A stretch of DNA of 51,569 nt. Source: Octopus sinensis. Lineage: Eukaryota. The translations under genes and the position numbers were made by a program. Location: contig NW_021834190.1 in NCBI RefSeq assembly GCF_006345805.1, positions 1-51,569 of the forward strand, in the 5' to 3' direction. Position 1 is the first letter of the stretch; every line of letters starts with the position of its first letter. Shown in pieces: positions 47,460 through 51,569 of the stretch. The notes under the pieces were generated by a model. The model was not told the DNA's origin, did no database searches, and saw only the letters and a program-made list of their open reading frames with translations.

Positions 47460-48472
47460 CTCCATATATGGTATGTTGAATGATTCATTTGAACAACATT
47501 CTTACCATATATGCTAGATTCATCGAATTCGACAAAATCATAACTATTGGCATAAACCCACTAAGAAATTCAATATAAATAAACAGGCAATAAAAAAACT
47601 CTTCTAGAAAATGGGAAACCATATGGTTTATCCTGCCCTTCTCTCTTCAAATTAGAAACTTCCCCAGCTTATCTTTTAAAATCTTAGCAAAAACCTTTCC
47701 ACAAAACCATAAGTATTATTCTATATTTAATAAATCTTGTATAAAGATATTGTACTCCACTACACCAAATCTAGGGTCAGTTATAGCAGCTAATAATAGA
47801 TATAAGCTTAGAAACCATTCATTAGGTAAAGTTTCTCTATGGGAAACCTCTGATCTGGAGCCCAACAATAATATTTTACTTAATGATAATACAAGAAGAA
47901 ATATAATTGGTGAATCACAACAACAAGGGGCTATAAATCCTACCCAGACAAGTCAAATGGATGTGATTAATGAAATAAACACAGCTTCTCAGTAATTTGG
48001 AATCTAACCAAATCAATGCAAATTATTTGGGACAATGATTTAAAACCCACATGAGGCAAAAAGCATGCAACTTCTGCAAGCCTGAATACTGCCCCTTATT
48101 TAACAAAAGAACCTAGTCTATAAATGCCAAGTACTAACATCTAACCCTAACCAATCTAAAACATATATCGGGAGCACAGCTGATATTAAAACTAGATATT
48201 GAGCGCACATGAATTCATTTATTAACCCTAAGACTAAATTTTCCTCATCACTAGTAACATATGTTAACCTTCTAAAAAGGCAAAATATTAACTATAAATT
48301 AATATGATCAGTAGTTACTGGAACCTCTCCTTATAATTCCTGTACACTAACTTGTAGGTTATGTACAAAAGAATCAATCAATGTACTATGTCTAAATAAG
48401 CAGATAATGCTAAGCAAATTCTCCATTCTTATCACTTCATGTAGACATAAATACCTCTCCACATATAAATAA
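47460..48472 (+). mobile_element. Penelope-like element 3' remnant (RT-endonuclease linker plus GIY-YIG)
   Basis: WFILPFS, YSIFNKSCIKILYSTTPNLGSVIAANN, CNFCKPEYCPL and TYIGSTADIKTRY*AHMNSF...CRLCTKE...ITSCRHKYLSTYK*. Confidence 0.85.
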
Positions 48473-48832
48473 CAAATAATTGTTAAATAACAAAAAATCC
48501 ATAAAAAGTTTCTCATCAATAAAATAGTTATGGAATAATGATCATCTTATGCACATTTAAATTCTTTCATTAAGTAACAATAAATCTGTAATGAATAAAA
48601 AACAAAAAAAATGAAAAAAGAGAAAAATCATTTCACTTCTAGAATAATTTCCTGGAAACTTATATATATAATTTTACCTCCACCATATATTTTAAATTCA
48701 TCTTAATTATTTTATTTCTATTAAACTCATTTTTCATCCAATCGATTTTATATAAAATACAAACTGGTATAGTGTAATTGAACTTTGACATTTATGAACA
48801 AAAATACCAGATGTGATCCATACAAGATATAG

Positions 48833-48923
48833 ATATCCCTGATGAAGGAAATATGGATACTGGAATGGATTTTAAATCGATATCTACTCTTATCACTATG
48901 TTCCTGAAACAGCCATGGGATGT
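48833..48923 (+). ncRNA. Degenerate type I hammerhead ribozyme motif (probably inactive) downstream of the Penelope remnant
   Basis: ATATCC-CTGATGA-AGGAA...TTCCT-GAAAC-AGCC-ATG-GGATGT. Core boxes, stem I and stem II are present, but the cleavage triplet reads AUG instead of NUH. Confidence 0.6.
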
Positions 48924-49222
48924 ATATGTTAATTTTCACATTTGGATTTTAATTTGGACTTCTTCCTTCGAACTTTCCATATATTCTTGGAGCTTTAATA
49001 TTAGCGTCTCTGATGCAACAAACCAATCCTGTATGTACAAATTTACGTGATTTAAATATCGCTGAATATGTATTGCCTCAATGTGTATATTTGCCTTTCA
49101 TATAAAAATATCTATTTTACATATATTTTTTTATGAAGCATTTAATGGATTGAAATTTTACTTTTCATATATGGACTGATAACCCAGAACTTTGTATCAA
49201 ATCCAAAATCTTCCATAGTATA

Positions 49223-49343
49223 TTAGGTCAAGGAAAAAGTTTGTGCACTGTATTAAATATACACATTTAAAATATATTTTTGTGGTGTGTGTTCATTCAG
49301 TTCATTATTTTAACATGGCGCACAGACTTTTTCTTCAACCTAG
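49223..49343. mobile_element. Small mariner-type MITE, degenerate
   Basis: TA|TTAGGTCAAGGAAAAAGTTTGTGC ... GCACAGACTTTTTCTTCAACCTAG are imperfect terminal inverted repeats. Confidence 0.55.
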
Positions 49344-49602
49344 TGTGTATGTATATACATACATACAGACAGTTAGACATGCAGACAGACAGATAAGAAT
49401 AAAATGGGATTAAAAAGTCCTGGCAGGTATCAAGTAAGCACTCAGTATAAAAGAATAAGGTTAAATTTCCAACAATCAGATACCAGTAAATGTAAATAGA
49501 ATATAAATCCCAGTTAAATCCTCATGCATGACAGGTAAATCCAACAATCCTTTTGTAATAAGAAGTAAAGGTGTGATCTAAAATAAAGATAGGACTTTCT
49601 TC

Positions 49603-49624
<22 letters not shown>

Positions 49625-49641
<17 letters not shown>

Positions 49642-50040
49642 AAACTGAGAATGTGTGTCTGTCTGTCTGTCTGTGTGAATCCCTAAAACTTGAGAACTAC
49701 ACAATAAATTTCATTCAAATTTTACACATGCCTTACTTGGGGTCCAGGGAGTGTCATGGGCAAAAAATTTCTAACTTCTTGCCTAGGGCGAGCCCACAGC
49801 AATATCATATCTTCTCCACTATTTCAGTATTACATGTCAAAAGTGAAACAAAAACATCTCTCTATTATAATGTCAGATACTTTCACTTTAATACTGAAAC
49901 TATTAAAGTCAAACTATTATATAAGAGGGATGAACCATTAACAGTGGACATCCATTTTGCTAGAAGAAGATCTGCTATGGTCTTATATGCAACACCACTG
50001 GTTTTCAATTCATATTAATCAGATTAATATTCAATTTCTC
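49625..50040 (+). mobile_element. Possible non-autonomous Helitron/HINE-like repeat
   Basis: TATATATAAAACTGAGAATG start followed by a (GTCT)n microsatellite, a layout typical of DINE/HINE-like elements. The 3' end is not resolved. Confidence 0.35.
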
Positions 50041-50317
50041 ACCCTTATTATTTTTAATTTAATTTAAACCCAGGCCTAGGTGTTTTGGAATGAAGTTTGT
50101 TACCACACAGCCACACCTGCACCTATGTATGTGTGTGTATGTGTGTATAGCTGTATATGTATACATTTATTTCTATATATATGTATACATGTATATGTGT
50201 AGATGTATATATATATATATAGATGTACATGTAATATGTACACATATATATTCACATACATACATGCATACATATATACACTCATACACACATACACACA
50301 CACACACACACATACAT

Positions 50318-50640
50318 AGGTGCAGGTGTGGCTGTGTGGTAACAAACTTCGTTCCAAAGCACATGGTCCAGAGTTCAGTCCCACTGTGTGGTGACTTGGC
50401 ATGTGTCTTCTGCTATAGCCTCAGACCAAACAAAGCTTTGTCAGTGGATTTTGTAGACAGAAACTGAAAGAAATCAATCGTATATATATGTATGTATATA
50501 TTTAAGTGTATGTGTGTGACTTTGTTTCTGTGTTTTACCCTCATCACTGCCTCACAACTGGTGTTCGTTTATTTACATCCCCATAACTTATTGGTTTCAC
50601 AAGAAGAAACTGATAGAATAAGTACCAGGCTTATCAAAAT
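50318..50640 (+). mobile_element. SINE (second family), diverged, 3'-incomplete
   Basis: tRNA-like head GGTGCAGGTGTGGCTGTGTGGT...GAGTTCAGTCCC. Collinear with 15946-16210. Confidence 0.75.
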
Positions 50641-50738
50641 AAAAAAAACCTACTAGGCAGTATCTCATATTTTGGTTTGCCCACACAATTTATCTTTGTG
50701 TGTGTGCGTGTATATATATACATACATACATATATATA

Positions 50739-50765
<27 letters not shown>

Positions 50766-50771
<6 letters not shown>

Positions 50772-51145
50772 AAGGGCTTAGTAAAATAAATTACTTTGCC
50801 ACATACTGAACTCATTAGAAATAGTAGCTAAAAAAACTTTCTTTAAACTATTTCTAATACTTAAAGAAAATCTCTCTCATATAGTGTTTGCTCAATTCAA
50901 CTCACGAAAGTATGGATGAAAATGTCGAGTTTGACTAATCTTGAAACGTACGTTCTCAAATAACCTTTGCATTTGATTTTTTAATGTCTTTACCCCCATA
51001 CTTTCGTGAGTTGAATTGAGCAAACACTATATGAGAGAGATTTTCTTTAAGTATTAGAAATAGTTTAAAGAAAATTTTTTTAGCTACTATTTCTAATGAG
51101 TTCAGTATGTGGCAAAGTAATTTATTTTACTACGCCCTTTTATAT
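50766..51145. mobile_element. MITE/foldback element with about 150-bp TIRs inserted in (TA)n
   Basis: 50766-50915 and 50996-51145 are reverse complements with 2 visible mismatches. 80-bp spacer. Confidence 0.9.
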
Positions 51146-51271
51146 AATGTAATAATTTGAATTTGCCTTAAATGGTCCCTTTACATACTGAACACTTGGT
51201 GAAATTGATTAATAATTAATTAATTAATTTTACCCTCAATTGTTGAAATTATATATATATATATATATATA

Positions 51272-51569
51272 CTCTTTTACTCTTTTACTCTTTTACTTGT
51301 TTCAGCCATCCGGCTGAGGCCATGCTGGGGCACCGCCCTTGTTGCTACCCTCTCTAAGTCCAGTTTGCCGTGGCTGGCCACTGATCTAAGAGAGAGTTTG
51401 TAGCTGCTGCCCTTAGGTTACCTTCGTACCTTGCAGTGGGTTCATCTGGGATCCCGGAAAGCAGCTTGTCTAGATGTTTTTTGAAAATGTCCACATCCGC
51501 ATCATGTAGATTCGTTCCATGACCTTACTTATGTGTGACGTCAGGGAGACTGGCCTGTAGTTTTTGGCC
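51272..51569 (-). mobile_element. CR1-type LINE 3' end with internal deletion
   Basis: AKNYRPVSLTSHISKVMERI, then in another frame LHDADVDIFKKHLDKLLSGIPDEP...RAAATNSLL...WT*. Tail (AAAAGAGT)n on the minus strand. Confidence 0.85.

Overview
Eukaryotic, AT-rich, microsatellite-dense genomic DNA. The repeat families look like those of an octopus or other coleoid cephalopod (inference from recalled repeat sequences, not a database search). The only host gene I can support is a + strand type I membrane protein, seen as four phase-1 exons: three Ig-like domains (26446-26694, 31775-32023, 39507-39815) and a transmembrane exon (46657-46758). One intron has a GC donor. Its 5' and cytoplasmic exons were not found. 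Most of the rest is transposon-derived. There are several RTE-clade LINE copies whose ORF2 carries an internal C4HC3 PHD finger and whose 3' UTR is composite, two CR1-type LINEs, and four Penelope-like GIY-YIG remnants, one followed by a degenerate hammerhead ribozyme. Also present are a HERO-like restriction-endonuclease LINE remnant, a Gypsy integrase remnant, two Helitron remnants, two full-span mariners plus fragments, a Chapaev-like transposon, tRNA-derived SINEs and MITEs. Structures beyond simple insertions: a 14-unit 98-bp tandem array amplified from the RTE 3' UTR core, a 3.3 kb inverted duplication enclosing Penelope fragments, a smaller foldback duplication, a SINE sharing its 3' tail with a CR1-type LINE, and two retroelements with the RT core deleted. 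No prokaryote-type system such as CRISPR or an operon is present.
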